A stretch of DNA of 64,000 bases from Macrostomum lignano (GCA_002269645.1 NIVC01002884.1:1-64000), one strand, 5' to 3'; counted from the first letter of the stretch, positions 49,092 to 62,520 are shown. A program made the numbers and translations. The notes: generated by a model from the letters alone, not told the origin.

Positions 49092-50175
49092 AACTGAGGA
49101 TCTGGGAGGGACAGCCTAATTAGGCAATCAACACATTTATTGGCCATGAACTGACACGGGACACAAATTACTCATTTATTTACCTATTTGTTAGGTTAGG
49201 AAAAAATTAAAGGCTACGGAATAATATATGAAAAATCGAGTCATAATTTAAACCGGTAAACCGGGAGTCGTTATCAAACGAATGGGAATAATTTGTCAAA
49301 TTAAAATATTGTTGACTTTTTGTGACAAATGGTTTACATTAGATAAAGTGCTATTTTTACTACTGACTGATAGTGTTAGTAGCATCAGTAGCATATCAGT
49401 GTAAAACCTTAGCACTAGGGGTGTGCCGCTTAAAATTAAGATTAGATAGCGCAAAAAACTGACTGAAAAAACATAGCGAGCAACTATTTGTCATTAATAA
49501 TATAGAATTCTATTCAACGCGTAACTAAATGCAGTAAGCCAAAGATAGAGCGAACACACAAACCCCACTATCTGTTTTTTTTGGCACATACATGTACATA
49601 CATAGTACCGGTCTAGAAAGCTTTCTTACAGATAGAAAACCAAATCTACTAACCTTCGATCCAATACCAGACAGCACTGCACTGCCTGCTTTACTTTTAC
49701 TAATCAAAGCCAACGGCAATGAAAATAGCAAAATAAAACCAAGCCCCATTATAGATTTTAATTTACTTGCATGCTTAGGCATAACGCAAAAAAGGCGAGG
49801 AAACCCCACTAAGCCAGTAGCTGTCTTATTAAATCAATAAAGCATAAACGCTACATTCAAGGACGATCAGTGTTAACCCCCCCCCCATAAGCAATAAGCA
49901 GTTTTATTACAAGAGGAACAATGGAAATTTATTGCAGTATAGAAAACACACACAGAGCAGGTGGACTCATTTCTGTACTGGATCATGTGACAACGAATAA
50001 GCATACTTGCGTTTTCCATTTGGAATAATGTATACAATTAACTACGAGCTGAACTGCGAATAAATAAGAGCGCCGAAAACTGTCTATGATATTTGAACTT
50101 ATAGAAAACTGCGCCCGTAGTTCTTTTAACTAGATTATAGATTTGAAGCCGCAAAAAAAGCTTCTAAATCAGTAG

Positions 50176-51588
50176 CCCAGCAATTGAGGATCTGACTGGC
50201 CCAGCAACTGAGGACCTGGGAAGCTGGCCCAGCAACTGAGGATCTAAGAGGGTGGCCGAGCAACTGAGGATCTAAGAGGGTGGCCGAGCAACTGAGGATC
50301 TAAGAGGGTGGCCCAGCAATTGAGGATCTAAGAGGGTGGCCGAGCAACTGAGGATCTAAGAGGGTGGCCGAGCAATTGAGGATCTAAGAGGATGGCCGAG
50401 CAATTGAGGATCTAAGAGGGTGGCCGAGCAACTGAGGATCTAAGAGGGTGGCCGAGCAATTGAGGATCTAAGAGGGTGGCCGAGCAATTGAGGATCTAAG
50501 AGGGTGGCCGAGCAACTGAGGATCTAAGAGGGTGGCCGAGCAATTGAGGATCTAAGAGGGTGGCCGAGCAACTGAGGATCTAAGAGGGTGGCCGAGCAAC
50601 TGAGGATCTAAGAGGGTGGCCGAGCAACTGAGGATCTAAGAGGGTGGCCGAGCAACTGAGGATCTAAGAGGGTGGCCGAGCAACTGAGGATCTAAGAGGG
50701 TGGCCGAGCAACTGAGGATCTAAGAGGGTGGCCGAGCAACTGAGGATCTAAGAGGGTGGCCGAGCAACTGAGGTTCTAAGAGGGTGGCCGAGCAACTGAG
50801 GATCTAAGAGGGTGGCCGAGCAATTGAGGATCTAAGAGGATGGCCGAGCAATTGAGGATCTAAGAGGGTGGCCGAGCAACTGAGGATCTAAGAGGGTGGC
50901 CGAGCAATTGAGGATCTAAGAGGGTGGCCGAGCAATTGAGGATCTAAGAGGGTGGCCGAGCAACTGAGGATCTAAGAGGGTGGCCGAGCAATTGAGGATC
51001 TAAGAGGGTGGCCGAGCAATTGAGGATCTAAGAGGGTGGCCGAGCAACTGAGGATCTAAGAGGGTGGCCGAGCAACTGAGGATCTAAGAGGGTGGCCGAG
51101 CAACTGAGGATCTAAGAGGGTGGCCGAGCAACTGAGGATCTAAGAGGGTGGCCGAGCAACTGAGGATCTAAGAGGGTGGCCGAGCAACTGAGGATCTAAG
51201 AGGGTGGCCGAGCAACTGAGGATCTAAGAGGGTGGCCGAGCAATTGAGGATCTAAGAGGGTGGCCGAGCAACTGAGGATCTAAGAGGGTGGCCGAGCAAC
51301 TGAGGATCTAAGAGGGTGGCCGAGCAACTGAGGATCTAAGAGGGTGGCCGAGCAACTGAGGATCTAAGAGGGTGGCCGAGCAACTGAGGATCTAAGAGGG
51401 TGGCCGAGCAATTGAGGATCTAAGAGGGTGGCCGAGCAATTGAGGATCTAAGAGGGTGGCCGAGCAACTGAGGATCTAAGAGGGTGGCCGAGCAACTGAG
51501 GATCTAAGAGGGTGGCCGAGCAACTGAGGATCTAAGAGGGTGGCCGAGCAACTGAGGATCTAAGAGGGTGGCCGAGCAACTGAGGATC
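50176..51588. repeat. 28-bp satellite (CAACTGAGGATCTAAGAGGGTGGCCGAG)n in mitoferrin intron 1
   Basis: About 49 copies; the array ends about 35 bp from the exon 1 donor. Confidence 0.97.
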
Positions 51589-51624
51589 CGGAAGTGTAGC
51601 GGCAGTTCCTGTATGGTCACTCAC

Positions 51625-52027
51625 CATCCGCAGGTGTCATGATGGAATCGTGCAGGACGGTGGCACCAACAGCGCTCAGCCCGTAGCCAATCTGATCATT
51701 GAAGCCACGCCTAGCGCAGGCCAGCTTCATCTGCTCGTAGGAGGCAAAGTAGAGCGCGTGCGCCGGACCGGCGCCAAATACAACGGCGCCAACGCCGCGC
51801 AGAGTCCGGCCGATGCCTTCGGTGACAACGATGGTGCGCAGGCCGTCTAGAAGGCCGCGATATCTGGCGCCTTCGAGCGGGCGCAGGCACTGCAGGCGGG
51901 TTTTGACGCAGTCAACCGGATAGACCAGGGTGTGCTCCATAACACCGGCGCAGGCCCCGGCAATCATGTGCTGAGCGGCCGAGCTCTGCTCGAGTAGAGA
52001 CTCATATTCGTCTGGCTCTGAGCCCAT
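51625..52027 (-). CDS. SLC25A37: Mitoferrin (SLC25A37/SLC25A28-type mitochondrial iron carrier) exon 1
   Basis: MGSEPDEYESL...HMIAGACAGVMEHTLVYPVDCVKTRLQ...GAGPAHALYFASYE...LHDSIMTPAD; carrier PX[DE]XX[KR] motifs and mitoferrin-type signatures; donor G|GTGAGT at 51624, phase 1. Full product about 326-328 aa; paralog assignment (A37 vs A28) is not resolvable. Confidence 0.93.
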
Positions 52028-52956
52028 TTTGCTGCTGCGAATTGGGATGAATAGCGGCTAACCCTGAGCTAACCTAATGAGCTGCGGGAATGGCGGTTTT
52101 GTTTGTGGCTTGCTGCATTATGAGAGTTGTGGGGTGTTGTCACCAGGGGACATGTCAATGCTAAGTCCCATGCCCCATCCATGTGACCCATTATGGAAAT
52201 CAAGAATTTTGCTTCAGATGGTAGATGTTACAATGAGTGCCTAGCCAATCAGTATTAACAATACCAATTCCCAAAATATAGGTGTTTAGGTGTTAAACTT
52301 TAGGATTCTTGGTTTGCCCCCCCCCCCCTATCATAAAATCCATGTGCTACCCACTGAGAGATATGAAATACATAGTCAATTATATTGCCATGAATCTGAA
52401 TTACATTGTTAGTTACATTGTTAATTATCCTTAATTACATTTCCCATCAAACTTTTCTTTTCAAGATTTGGCTACAGTACGATTTTTTATTAGTAAATAG
52501 CACACCAAGCCTTTCCTGCAAAGATTTTCCCACATTGCTTTCTTCTTATAATGCATTTAGCCACATTGCAAATTTTGTCTATATTAATTTTGCCCCTTGC
52601 TTACAAATCCTTATTCTGGTTTAAATGCTCATTTTTCTTGTGGAAAAGGTTTCAATTTCTGTATATATGTAGGAGTTTGTTATATGTGTATTAGTGAGTG
52701 CATTTAGCCATGCCGTCTTTTATGCCCTAAATCTTTATATTATTATATATTACTAAGTATGGTAGGGGCAAAATGCAAGTTAATGAAAAAATGTTTGCAT
52801 GGCTAAATGCATTATGTAATAAACAATTAAACAAAAAAATAAGCTAGAAACTAAGAAAAACATAGGGTAAATTAAATAGAAATAGCAAATAGTATATCTA
52901 AATATACTAATCTCAATTTTAGAATATAGGCTTTTTGGTAGTGTCAAAGCATAGAT

Positions 52957-53534
52957 CTATATACCATAGTCCGGATCATGCTGGACTTACGCCAGAGGAA
53001 AAATCCAACATTTTTTGGCACTTACGCCAGACTTACGCCAACCAAAAAAAGGTCCCTCTGACTTATGCCACCCAAAAAAGGTCCCTCACAATTATTGTGA
53101 ATAGAATAGAATAGAATAGATGATTTACAATTAATCGGTGATTAATTAAATTCAGAAGTTGCAAATTCTGAATCAAGAATCAAAGTAAGCATCTTGAAGC
53201 TAAAAAACTTTTGCTATCCTATAATAGATATTCTGCTATCTCATTTATACAAACTGCAATATTTTAATGAACTTTGTTTTAATGCTGCTCTTTAACATCA
53301 TAATTAACGCAAATGTGTAATGTTTTATAGTGATATATTTGATCGTGAATGATCTCATTTGTGCCAACATTTACGCCACTTGATTTATGCCATGTACTTA
53401 CACCAAGCACTTATGCCAAGGCACATTTTGGCCTATACTTACGCCAAGCACTTATGCCAGCCTCCAATCCCAAACCAGATTTACGCCGGAGATCTCCGGC
53501 ATAAACAACATGATCCGGACTATGGTCTATATAG
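52957..53534. mobile_element. MITE-like element with about 25-bp TIRs and internal ACTTA(C/T)GCCA repeats
   Basis: CTATATACCATAGTCCGGATCATG / CATGATCCGGACTATGGTCTATATAG; about 10 copies of ACTTACGCCA/ACTTATGCCA inside. Confidence 0.7.
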
Positions 53535-55569
53535 CATAGTAAAGTATAATATAGTGATGTATTTAAGTTAGGTTTATATGTTCTAATAGGGATAATATAA
53601 ATAAATAAAGATTAATTTTTGATTTTAATGAAATACATAGTAAAACAAAAAGATATTTTATTTGGCTTTTATATAGACCTTAAGATAGGCCCTAAACATA
53701 CATGTGCAACTCTTCTGATTTACACTGGCATTGTGACTTACTTTTTGACCAAAAATGCAACTTACCTATGAAAAAACTCCTAAAGCAAAATTAATGCAAT
53801 TTTAGGTAAATGGCAGTAGTAACTATGGCTGTCTTATTAAGGCTATAGTATTATAAAAATATGGTATCAAATGTATTATAGATAGTTTTTAATGATATTT
53901 ATATTAGCTAGCCAAATAATTAAATAAATATTTATTGTTTTTAAAAGCTGCTTCTTAATATAATGTTGCATGTATGCATTCAGGCTATAGAAAAAATCAT
54001 AGACAAAAGCCATGATAAAAGCCAGAACCCTTTGTAAACTTAGATTCTGGTTAGGCCTAAAGGCTAGACTTATCATTAAAATACTCATTGCCATTATATC
54101 ATATAAACTGTTTAAGGCAAGCTACCTAATTAAGATAGAACAAAAAAATTTGAGTTTTGACTAATATATTTAAAATAATTTTTTAAATCCCTAGATAAGT
54201 TCAAAGCTTTGATATTTTTAGACAAAATATATGATAATGTACTAAAGAAAAGGACATGTGCAATTGCTAGCCCATTTGGCAAATTTTGTTGTCAAAAAGT
54301 CATAGGACTGACAGTCTCTATCAAATTAAACTTGCATGCCCAGACTCAGACTCACTGACTCAGAACAAATTTTGGAGATTGCATATATTATATGTTGACA
54401 TTGATCAGATCCAATATGATATGTCAGAAAAGGCCTATCATGCCTATAAACTATGATGTAACATTCAATCACTTGCAAAACAAACAAAATTGTATTAGAA
54501 TTAGAAACAATACTTTCCTATAATGCCTAGTTACCAATGCACTTAGCACTCCATAGGTTAAAATTCTATAAATATAATAATTCCAAATAAATTTATGGAA
54601 AAAAATGCAAGACATTTGAAGATATGAATTAAGTTTAATCGTTTTTTGTCAAGTCTTTAAAATCTTTAGTTTAGTATTACAGTTGATTGATGCTAGCCAA
54701 AAATCAGTCTAATAATAGAAAGACATATTAGACATAATAGAAAGAGATAAAAAACTTAAAAAAATCTTTTGACATGATCCACGATATCAAAAAGCGTAAA
54801 TTAAAAATTGCAACCTAGTAAATCAAATTTTTTATTGTTACTTTACCTTGCAACCGTTTATATACAAAAAGTGTATTAAAGTAAGGAAAAGTTTTACACG
54901 GTTAAATAAAAGACGGAAGTAAAAGGCAAGAAAATAATAGTACTATTCCACGTGTGCACTTTTTTAATATAGTAATTTGAAATCTTTTTCACTGTTTTAG
55001 GAATGTATACATGTTATGTATGAATGATGGCCATGATATGATAACAAGTTAACAACAACAATAAATCAATGCCATATGTTCAGCTTCTCTTAAAAAGTTT
55101 CAGCATTATATAATTTCATATCTTTAGTAGTTTCATTAAAATATAGACAATTACTATTAGTATGATGTACATAGTTGACTGCAGAATGTATGCATAGAAT
55201 GTATGTAAGCTATTAATTTAGTATTAAGCTAATTTTCGATATTGTCCTGTGTTTTTTCTTTTTTAGTCATTGGTATTTTTAGTATTTTATCAGACTAATA
55301 GCATTAGGCCTAGTAGTTTGTGATTAATGTATTAAAAATTAAAGTTGCGCCATAGCTATGGATACCAATATAGCTACAGGAAGTTACTGATATAGAGGTT
55401 TTTTGGCAAAGCATATGGATATGGATATGGTTACAGGAACACATACTTGCCATATGTAGTTCCTGTATATAGTGATATCACTTAACTAAGAATTGAAAGA
55501 CTATTGGCATTAGAGCTATTGATTTGATAGGGTTCAAGGTTCAAGTTCAAGCTCAAGCATCAGCGTAGA

Positions 55570-55930
55570 TTATCAATGCCATGTCCACATTGTGGTTGGG
55601 GGTGGTAGGGGCTAAAGTTAAGATGAATGTTTAAACTTTCAAAGGGAAGCTCTCAAGTCCTTGCATGAATTTGGGGAATTAGCAACAGAGTTTGGATGCC
55701 ATATGCACACTTTGGTTGGATGGTGGGAGGCTAATATTAAGATGAATATTTTTACTTTCAATGCAAGGGGAGCTCTTAAGTCCTTGGGATTGGGGACAAC
55801 AAAGTTTTGATACCATGTGTATATTTGGGTTGGGTGGTAGGGCTATAGTTGCAATAAACGTTTTTACTTTCAATGTGAGGGGAGCTCTTAAGTTGATAGA
55901 ATTAGGGACTCAAGCAACAAAGACAGAAAT
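55570..55930. repeat. Diverged tandem triplication of a 115-120 bp unit
   Basis: Three copies of ...CCATGT...TTGGGTGGTAGGG(C)TA...TTTACTTTCAA...GGGAGCTCTTAAGT. Confidence 0.7.
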
Positions 55931-55961
55931 GTTTGACATTGCATGTATATTAAGGGATGAT

Positions 55962-56092
55962 GGTCATTTCATCAATTGGCATTTCGTCAACTCAGTTGAT
56001 GAAGTGACCAAAGTGTAGAGGTGACTTTATTAATGGTTGACGAAGTGACCAATGCCTAGGTCTTTCCCATTTGCTTGTTGACGAAGTGACTA
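55962..56092. repeat. Cluster of GTTGACGAAGTGACC / GGTCATTTCGTCAAC motifs (transposon subterminal-like), copy 1
   Basis: Multiple direct and inverted copies; related cluster at 57838-58008. Confidence 0.6.
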
Positions 56093-57289
56093 AAATTTTC
56101 ATTATATGAATGATATATAGTAGCTGATACAGTGGCATATCTTGTATATAGCTTACAATTATTGTTATATCTATGACTTATTTTATTAATTGCCTTATTT
56201 TTTAAAAATGAACAAATTTTGAAACTTTGCAATACCAGACTGCATTTCCATTAGGTTAAATGTTTTAATGCAAATATTTAATGCAAATGTGTCACCCCAT
56301 GCGCACTCATGCCTATATGCATCTAGGCATTCATGAATCTTGAGTATTTGTGTGTTATGCGACCATACATGTGACTACATAACATGGGTATTTCTCCTAT
56401 CAAAACGCATCAAGGATGCTATAAAGTCACCTATATATGGAGTCGTGAAAATTGGTGAACTGCGTGCACCTTCCCATCCTTCCACCCCGCTGTGCACTGC
56501 ACAGTCAACCAAAGCCCCCGCAGCAAATCTTGATATCCGGTAATGCTCTTAATTGGAGTATATAATTATGCACAATTTATGTGCGCTCATTGATCAATCA
56601 TACCGTACATGTATAAGGTATTTCACTCCTATCACACTTAACACTAAAATGTACAATGTACTATAAGAAGGCACAAGCAGACACGAGCAGACAGACACAA
56701 AGGCATAGGCAGACACGCAAACCGATTGACAATATTGGGTGCAGTACCACAGCGGCATGCTCTTGATTCGTGCATTCCTGCTCATGTAGTTGCACAAGAC
56801 TTGGCCATGTTTTGCGAGCCTTGCACTGTGAGCGAGAAATCTTTCAAGCCGCCAAAGGTGCTGCTGACCCCGACAAGGTGGCCATCCCAGATCGACATCT
56901 TTAGCAAACTCACGGCACTGGCGCCCCAGTCAATTGGACCACTGAAGTCACCTAAGCGCAGTCCTTGAAATGAGTGCAGTACAGTTGCGCAATGTTTGAA
57001 TTAGTTGAAAATTTGAGCATTTTCAAACTTTTGGCTATTCCAACACAGAATTGAATATTGGCCCTGGTTAATGTCATAATGCCACAAACTAATATAACAG
57101 CAGGAGTTTGGGTGCCCTTAGATTAGAAGAAATTATGTGCAATGTGCCCTCTCATCAAAAAGCCCCCCCCCCACTCTGAAATATGTTCTGACACTACTGG
57201 CTTGAGCTACAGTATATTTACATGTAGTCTGGGGGAGTCCTGCAGTCCGTGAGGCCAGCTAATTAATGTACAGCTGACCGCTTGAGCGC

Positions 57290-57500
57290 AGCATTGTTCC
57301 AGGCGAAGCGGTGATCAAGACCGTCCTGCTGTACAGTGTCAAGACCTGGACGCTGATGAAGTCGCTCGAGCAACAAGTTAACGTGGCGCACGCTGGCCTG
57401 CTGAACGCTGCCTTCAAGATCGCCTACGCGAGTGACCAACGCGGCTTTTGTATCACCACGCCAACCTGTTCCGTCCAAGCGACCTGCTGCGCAGTCATAC
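57290..57500 (+). mobile_element. RTE-clade non-LTR retrotransposon fragment (region C-terminal to the RT domain)
   Basis: IKTVLLYSVKTWTLMKSLEQQVNVAHAGLLNAAFKI resembles the RTE motif VxSVLLYGxETWTLTxxLExxLDxxxxxxLR. Confidence 0.72.
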
Positions 57501-57837
57501 ATGACCACATTCATGTATGTAATGGCTTGATTTGGAATGCTTTCTATATGTATGTTTTGCGAATAGAGGACCCGGCCACTTTAAGCGTTATCTTTGGTCT
57601 GAGTACTCCTCAACTACATGTACTACTTCTTAATTAACTTTGCATTCAAAATTTAAAATATACAAATGTGTAACACGGGATGTCAACCCCGTCGTGCTGC
57701 ACGCGTTTCAAACACAAAAGCGCATTATATTTTGTTAGTACATGTACAAGTGTACAACAGAGACGCATCGATCGAAAGCCGGCAGATGTTGCAGAAGGGT
57801 ATGAATATTAATTAGCCTGTCAACTTAGTCATTTCAG

Positions 57838-58008
57838 GGTTCAGTTTTACTTTTTGACAAAGTGACAAAGTGACCAATGTTGGAACACTTCCTGTTGGCC
57901 AGTTGACGAAGTGACCGAGGTTTGAGATTGCTTCATTGGCTAGTTGACGAAACGACCAGTGATAAAACTGAGTTGACGAAATGGCCAGTTGGCGAAATGA
58001 CTAGGACC
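57838..58008. repeat. Cluster of GTTGACGAA(A/G)TGACC motifs, copy 2
   Basis: 57966-58002 is the reverse complement of 55962-55997 with a few mismatches. Confidence 0.6.
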
Positions 58009-58399
58009 CATATTAAGATTGGAATAGAGGGGGTGAAGTGAAAGTAAAGATATTTTTTTAATTTCAAAGGGGAGAAAAAGAAAAAGGAGAGAAAAGAAGG
58101 CAATGAAAAGAGGAAAGGGAAGAAGGGATAAAGAGAGGATGTTTGCCCTTGGCCTTGCCTGCATAGTCCCTGCAGCTTGATTGAGTAGCAGCAATTTATG
58201 TAGTGGCTTAGGGTAGCAGGCCTTTGATCAGATGACATGGCTAGCCATAGCCAGTTGAAGTTGTTGCCTGTGCAACAGATTAGAAGGCCACATCAGGCAT
58301 GCCCTTGTTAGAGTGCTGCATTGGTCTTGCTGTTTAGACTGATGCATACTCCAAATGCTGCATGTAGCATGGCTGGCATTGGCCATATATATGTAGAGA

Positions 58400-59075
58400 C
58401 TCTTGCTATCCAGGGATACTTGCTAGCTGGGATTACTTGCTATTGGGGGGATGTTTGCTATTGGAAGGATGCTTGCTATCTGAGGTACTTGCTATTGGGA
58501 GATGCTTGCTCTTGGGGTATGGAAGGTACTTGCTATTTGAGAGTGGGTTACTAGCTATCTATAAGGATTCTTTCAATGCAGGGATGCTTGCTATCTGAGG
58601 GATGCTTACTATCTGGGGTTGTTTGTTATTGGGGGATTCTTGCTATTAAGGGATGCTTGCTATCTGGGGGATGATTGCTATCTGGGGTTGCTTGCTATTG
58701 GAGGATACTTGCTATCTGGAGGATGCTTGCTATCTGGGGGATGCTTGCTATCTGGGGGATGCTTGCTATCTGGGGGATGCTTGCTGTTTGGGATTGCTTG
58801 CTATCTGGGGGATGCTAAGATGCTTGCTATTTGGGGGATGCTTGCTATTTAGGGTTGCTTACTATTAGGGGATGCTTGCTGTTTAAGGTTGCTTACTATT
58901 GGGGGGGGATGCTTGCTATCTGGGGGATGCTTGCTGTTTAGGGTTGCTTACTATTGGGGGATGCTTGCTATTTAGGGTTGCTTACTATTGGGGGATGCTT
59001 GCTATCTGGGGGATGCTTGCTGTTTAGGGTTGCTTACTATTGGGGGATGCTTGCTATCTGGGGGGGGGGGCAATG
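58400..59075. repeat. About 18-bp minisatellite (GGGGGATGCTTGCTATCT)n
   Basis: Degenerate tandem array; explains the GDACYL ORFs. Confidence 0.88.
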
Positions 59076-60257
59076 CTTGCCATCTGGGGAATGCTTTCAA
59101 CTTAGGGGGAATGCCTATTATCTTTGTGAAGGCTTTATTTTGTTGTGTACTTTTTTACTTTTAGACAAAAGAGATTCATAGCAAATATCTTTGTCCATGG
59201 CATTTTTACTCAAATAAGGTTATCTATAAACTGAAGAAGGAATCAGTTCTCAAGAAAATGTGCTTCTTTAATGATTTGCATGAATAATTTTTGCTCCTTA
59301 CTTATTTGGCAACCTGAAGGGGGACACTAGATTGCTAGTAATATTATAAAATTAGTGCAATAATATAACTACAATAAAATTTTTTACAATGATCATCATT
59401 CTTAGATTTTTCATGAAATGTTTTTACAATTAAAAAATAGCTATAAAAGTTAATTGACATAAATACAGTTTTGTTTTTTAATTCAAATTTGCTCAGTTAA
59501 CAGTTAACAAGAAACAACAATAGAGTCTAGGGAGCTGGAAACAAATCTAAGGAACTGTGACCATGGATGTGGAGCCATTTTAGTGGGTAATAATGCGCTC
59601 ATTGCTTAATAGATAGTACTTGACCAGCCACTTCATTTCTGTCAGCAAGTCAGCAGCCAGTATAAACAGATCTGTGTCAGGTTAAGTTCTATCAACTCCA
59701 TAGATTGGCATACATCTCCAAGTGTGATGATGCTCATAGGTGCAGGCAGATGTCCCACTGTCACAAGTTGTCAATTCTGAAATTTAGTGAGAATTAGCTC
59801 TGTGTCTATTGCCCAGTCTGCCTTGTCTGCATCTCTCCTGTTCTCCCCTCCCCATCAGCTTTTGTCATAGACAACTTGCCATTAAGAATTTAAATTTAAT
59901 GAATAAAACTGTATTTATGCCCATTATCTTTAATGAGGCTAATGATTTCTTTATTAGCTGATCTTTGATATTTTTACTACCTATATTAGCCTTATAGTAA
60001 GTTTTTTTCCCAATAGGTATCAAGTGGTTCAAGCCCAATAAATTAACTACATTGGTATGGTATTGACCTAGTAATATTTTATATTCTTTATTCCAAGTTT
60101 TAACTGATCTATTTTTAGTTATATAGCATATTCATATAATATTCACTTTGCAGACATTTTAGAACTTAATATATTGATTAAGAATTTATAGCAAAGAAGC
60201 TATGTGGTAGCTCTATTAGCTACCCAAAGCTTACCAATTCTACAAACTTTTGTTGGC

Positions 60258-60347
60258 ATGGATGCAAATGATGAGCAGCTAGCAAGATTGAAAGAGATTA
60301 TTCGTCATAATGAAGAGGAGCTAAAGCAGAAGGAGCAACAATATGAG
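60258..60347 (+). CDS. Coiled-coil protein, first coding exon (MDANDEQLARLKEIIRHNEEELKQKEQQYE)
   Basis: ATG preceded by an in-frame TAG at 60189; upstream acceptor TTTGCAG at 60152-60153; donor GAG|GTATGT at 60348, phase 0. Confidence 0.68.
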
Positions 60348-61081
60348 GTATGTAGTTTGTGCTATTGATTTGATTTGATTTGTATTGATTTGTATTATTA
60401 AATTTATTAGTAACTTTTGGATATATTCATTGTCTTGCCTATATATTATATATTCTTGACTTCTTACATTTAACTTCCATATTGAGTTTATGATACTACT
60501 TTATTTGTTGTCTCTCTGTCTACTCTCTATCTAGTTTGTTTTTTTGCTACCTTTATTGTCAAGTATGCTCTATGCTTATTTGCTTATTTGTCATCAATTT
60601 ATGTTTAGAAGTTTACCTATTATTTGATCAGTGTTGTGTTAATTTGCTGTAAATATAAGCTGTCTAGTGTTTTCAGTTAATTACCTATCACCTGTCCAAG
60701 TGTTTCCATTAGCATCTTGTTGTGAGTGAGAGGTTTGCCATAAATCCTAAACACTCAGGCCACGGTTGTACACATCTACCAGTCTTTAAGTTGTTCTTTA
60801 AGTTTGAATTTAATAACAACTTCTGGGTCAGTGGGGGGCACATAAGGAAAAAAAAACTGCCCTCTGGAGAGGCGTTTTATCACACATTGCTTGTCTGTTT
60901 AGTGTCTTTTAGCTGACCTGTCATTTGTCACATCATGTTGGTAGCTTCCCGTCGATGAGTTTCCAGTATCTGAAATGACTTTCCTGATATGTGTCCTCTG
61001 TTTTTATCAACCTTAACCTGCCAACCATGAAATTCAATAATTGAGTCAGTAATTATGTACTCATTTGGCTCTGTAACTCAG

Positions 61082-61381
61082 GAACAGATCTCAGCCCTTC
61101 ACGCTGCCAGCGTTTTCAAAGACGACCGCCTGTCCCAATTAGACAGTCAAATTCGTCAGCTAGAAGGCCAGGCTCACGAACTGCGGGAAAGCGTTGCTGA
61201 ACAATTGCAAGTTGTTGAATCTCGCGACGCCGCTATTAAATTGCTGCGCGAACAGCAGGCTGCCGCGTTGCAAGCCAAAGATGAGCAGTTTGCCGAGAAG
61301 CTGGCCGCTACACAACTCTATTTTGAGGAGTGCTTGGCCGAGAAAGAGGACGAGAAGTCGCGTCTAATGGATGCTATTAAG
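61082..61381 (+). CDS. Coiled-coil protein, second coding exon (EQISALHAASVFKDDRLSQLDSQIRQLE...RLMDAIK)
   Basis: Acceptor CTGTAACTCAG|GAA in phase 0; heptad-rich helical sequence; donor AAG|GTGCGG at 61382; downstream exons not identified. Confidence 0.72.
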
Positions 61382-61651
61382 GTGCGGAAGTTATTTCCGT
61401 TCAAAGCCAGCAGAATTTTATGATCGTTCATAAGTAGTGTATTGAGTTTCATATCTTTAGTCCCAATATATTATTTTCTAAGCTGTCTTTTTGGTTTCGA
61501 ATCTTCTTTTAGTCTTACTTGAGGTACCAAACGTGATTTTCGATGGAGGTCGGTTTTCGCTGCAGAATGCATTAGCGAGACAGGAATTTTGTACCTGTCT
61601 CCCCTCAGTGTATTCTTTTAAGGATTTTCCAGCGCAGCTTTTTCTCTACTG

Positions 61652-61910
61652 ACCCGCTAAAAATTCAGGTGCTTCTTCGTTTGCTTCTTGTCGGAATCGG
61701 CGCCGCTTCCAGAAACCGAAGGAGCAGCACAAAAAACTTCAGGGAAACTTTAGGTGGGTGGGCTTTGTCTGCTTCCTGCGCTGATTCCGCAATCAAAGGA
61801 ACATCAATAGCTTCTTCAGTTGCTTCTTTTACACTGTCGAGATAGGGCTCCTCTCGGCTGGAGTTGCGTCACAGAAGCGAACGAAGAAACAGCCGAATTT
61901 TTTAGCGGGG
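61652..61910. repeat. Imperfect inverted repeat pair of about 40 bp (possible MITE)
   Basis: CCCGCTAAAAATTCAGGTGCTTCTTCGTTTGCTTCT versus AGAAGCGAACGAAGAAACAGCCGAATTTTTTAGCGGG. Confidence 0.55.
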
Positions 61911-62089
61911 AATTGTCTATGGCCAAACCCCATTCAGCGCTATGCAAAGAGCTAATCTTTGCAAAGCCAGCTTAGGAAACAGCACTGTATTGTAAGCGTT
62001 GCCGGTCTCCAGTAACACGAGGTGTGGCCGAAAATTAACGATAATTTTGCCATGATCTGGTATTGAGCAAAACATGAATTATAATTTTT

Positions 62090-62520
62090 AACACGGCACC
62101 CCAATCGCTGATGCCAGCTCCCGATGCATTCTTGGAAGCTCTCCGTCGAGATGCCTCGTAAGACTCATCATCTCGACTGTCGCATTGTTCTTTATGTCTT
62201 CCAGTTCTTCAAATCGTGATTCTTTGAGAGGTTGCTTTACCTTTGGAAAGAGCCAGAAATCGCACGGGGCCGTATCTGGCAAATAAGGTAGTTTGTGCGA
62301 CTTATATTTCAGCCAAAAACTGTTACAGTGAAAGTGCTTTGTGCGCCGATGGGTTTTCGTGATGCAGCAACCAGGCATTGTTTCTCCTACTGTTCACGTC
62401 GAACCCACTGCATCCTCAGTATCAACCTCTCTCGAGAACTGCCCCTGTGGCACAAACTCGTGATGGATGCACGAGGCCATGCAAATAAAATTTTTAGTTA
62501 CTTTTTCAGTCAAAATTCTG
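62090..62520 (-). pseudogene. Degraded mariner (Tc1/mariner DD34D) transposase
   Basis: Across frameshifts: HHEFVPQGQ (62439-62465), WLLHHENPSAH (62341-62373; canonical HHDNAPAH) and PYLPDTAPCDFWLFPKVK (canonical YSPDLAPCDFWLF). Confidence 0.85.

Noticed and set aside
58400-59181. GDACYL Cys-rich repeat protein
   Set aside because: All frames are translations of an 18-bp minisatellite with no consistent frame or splice signals.
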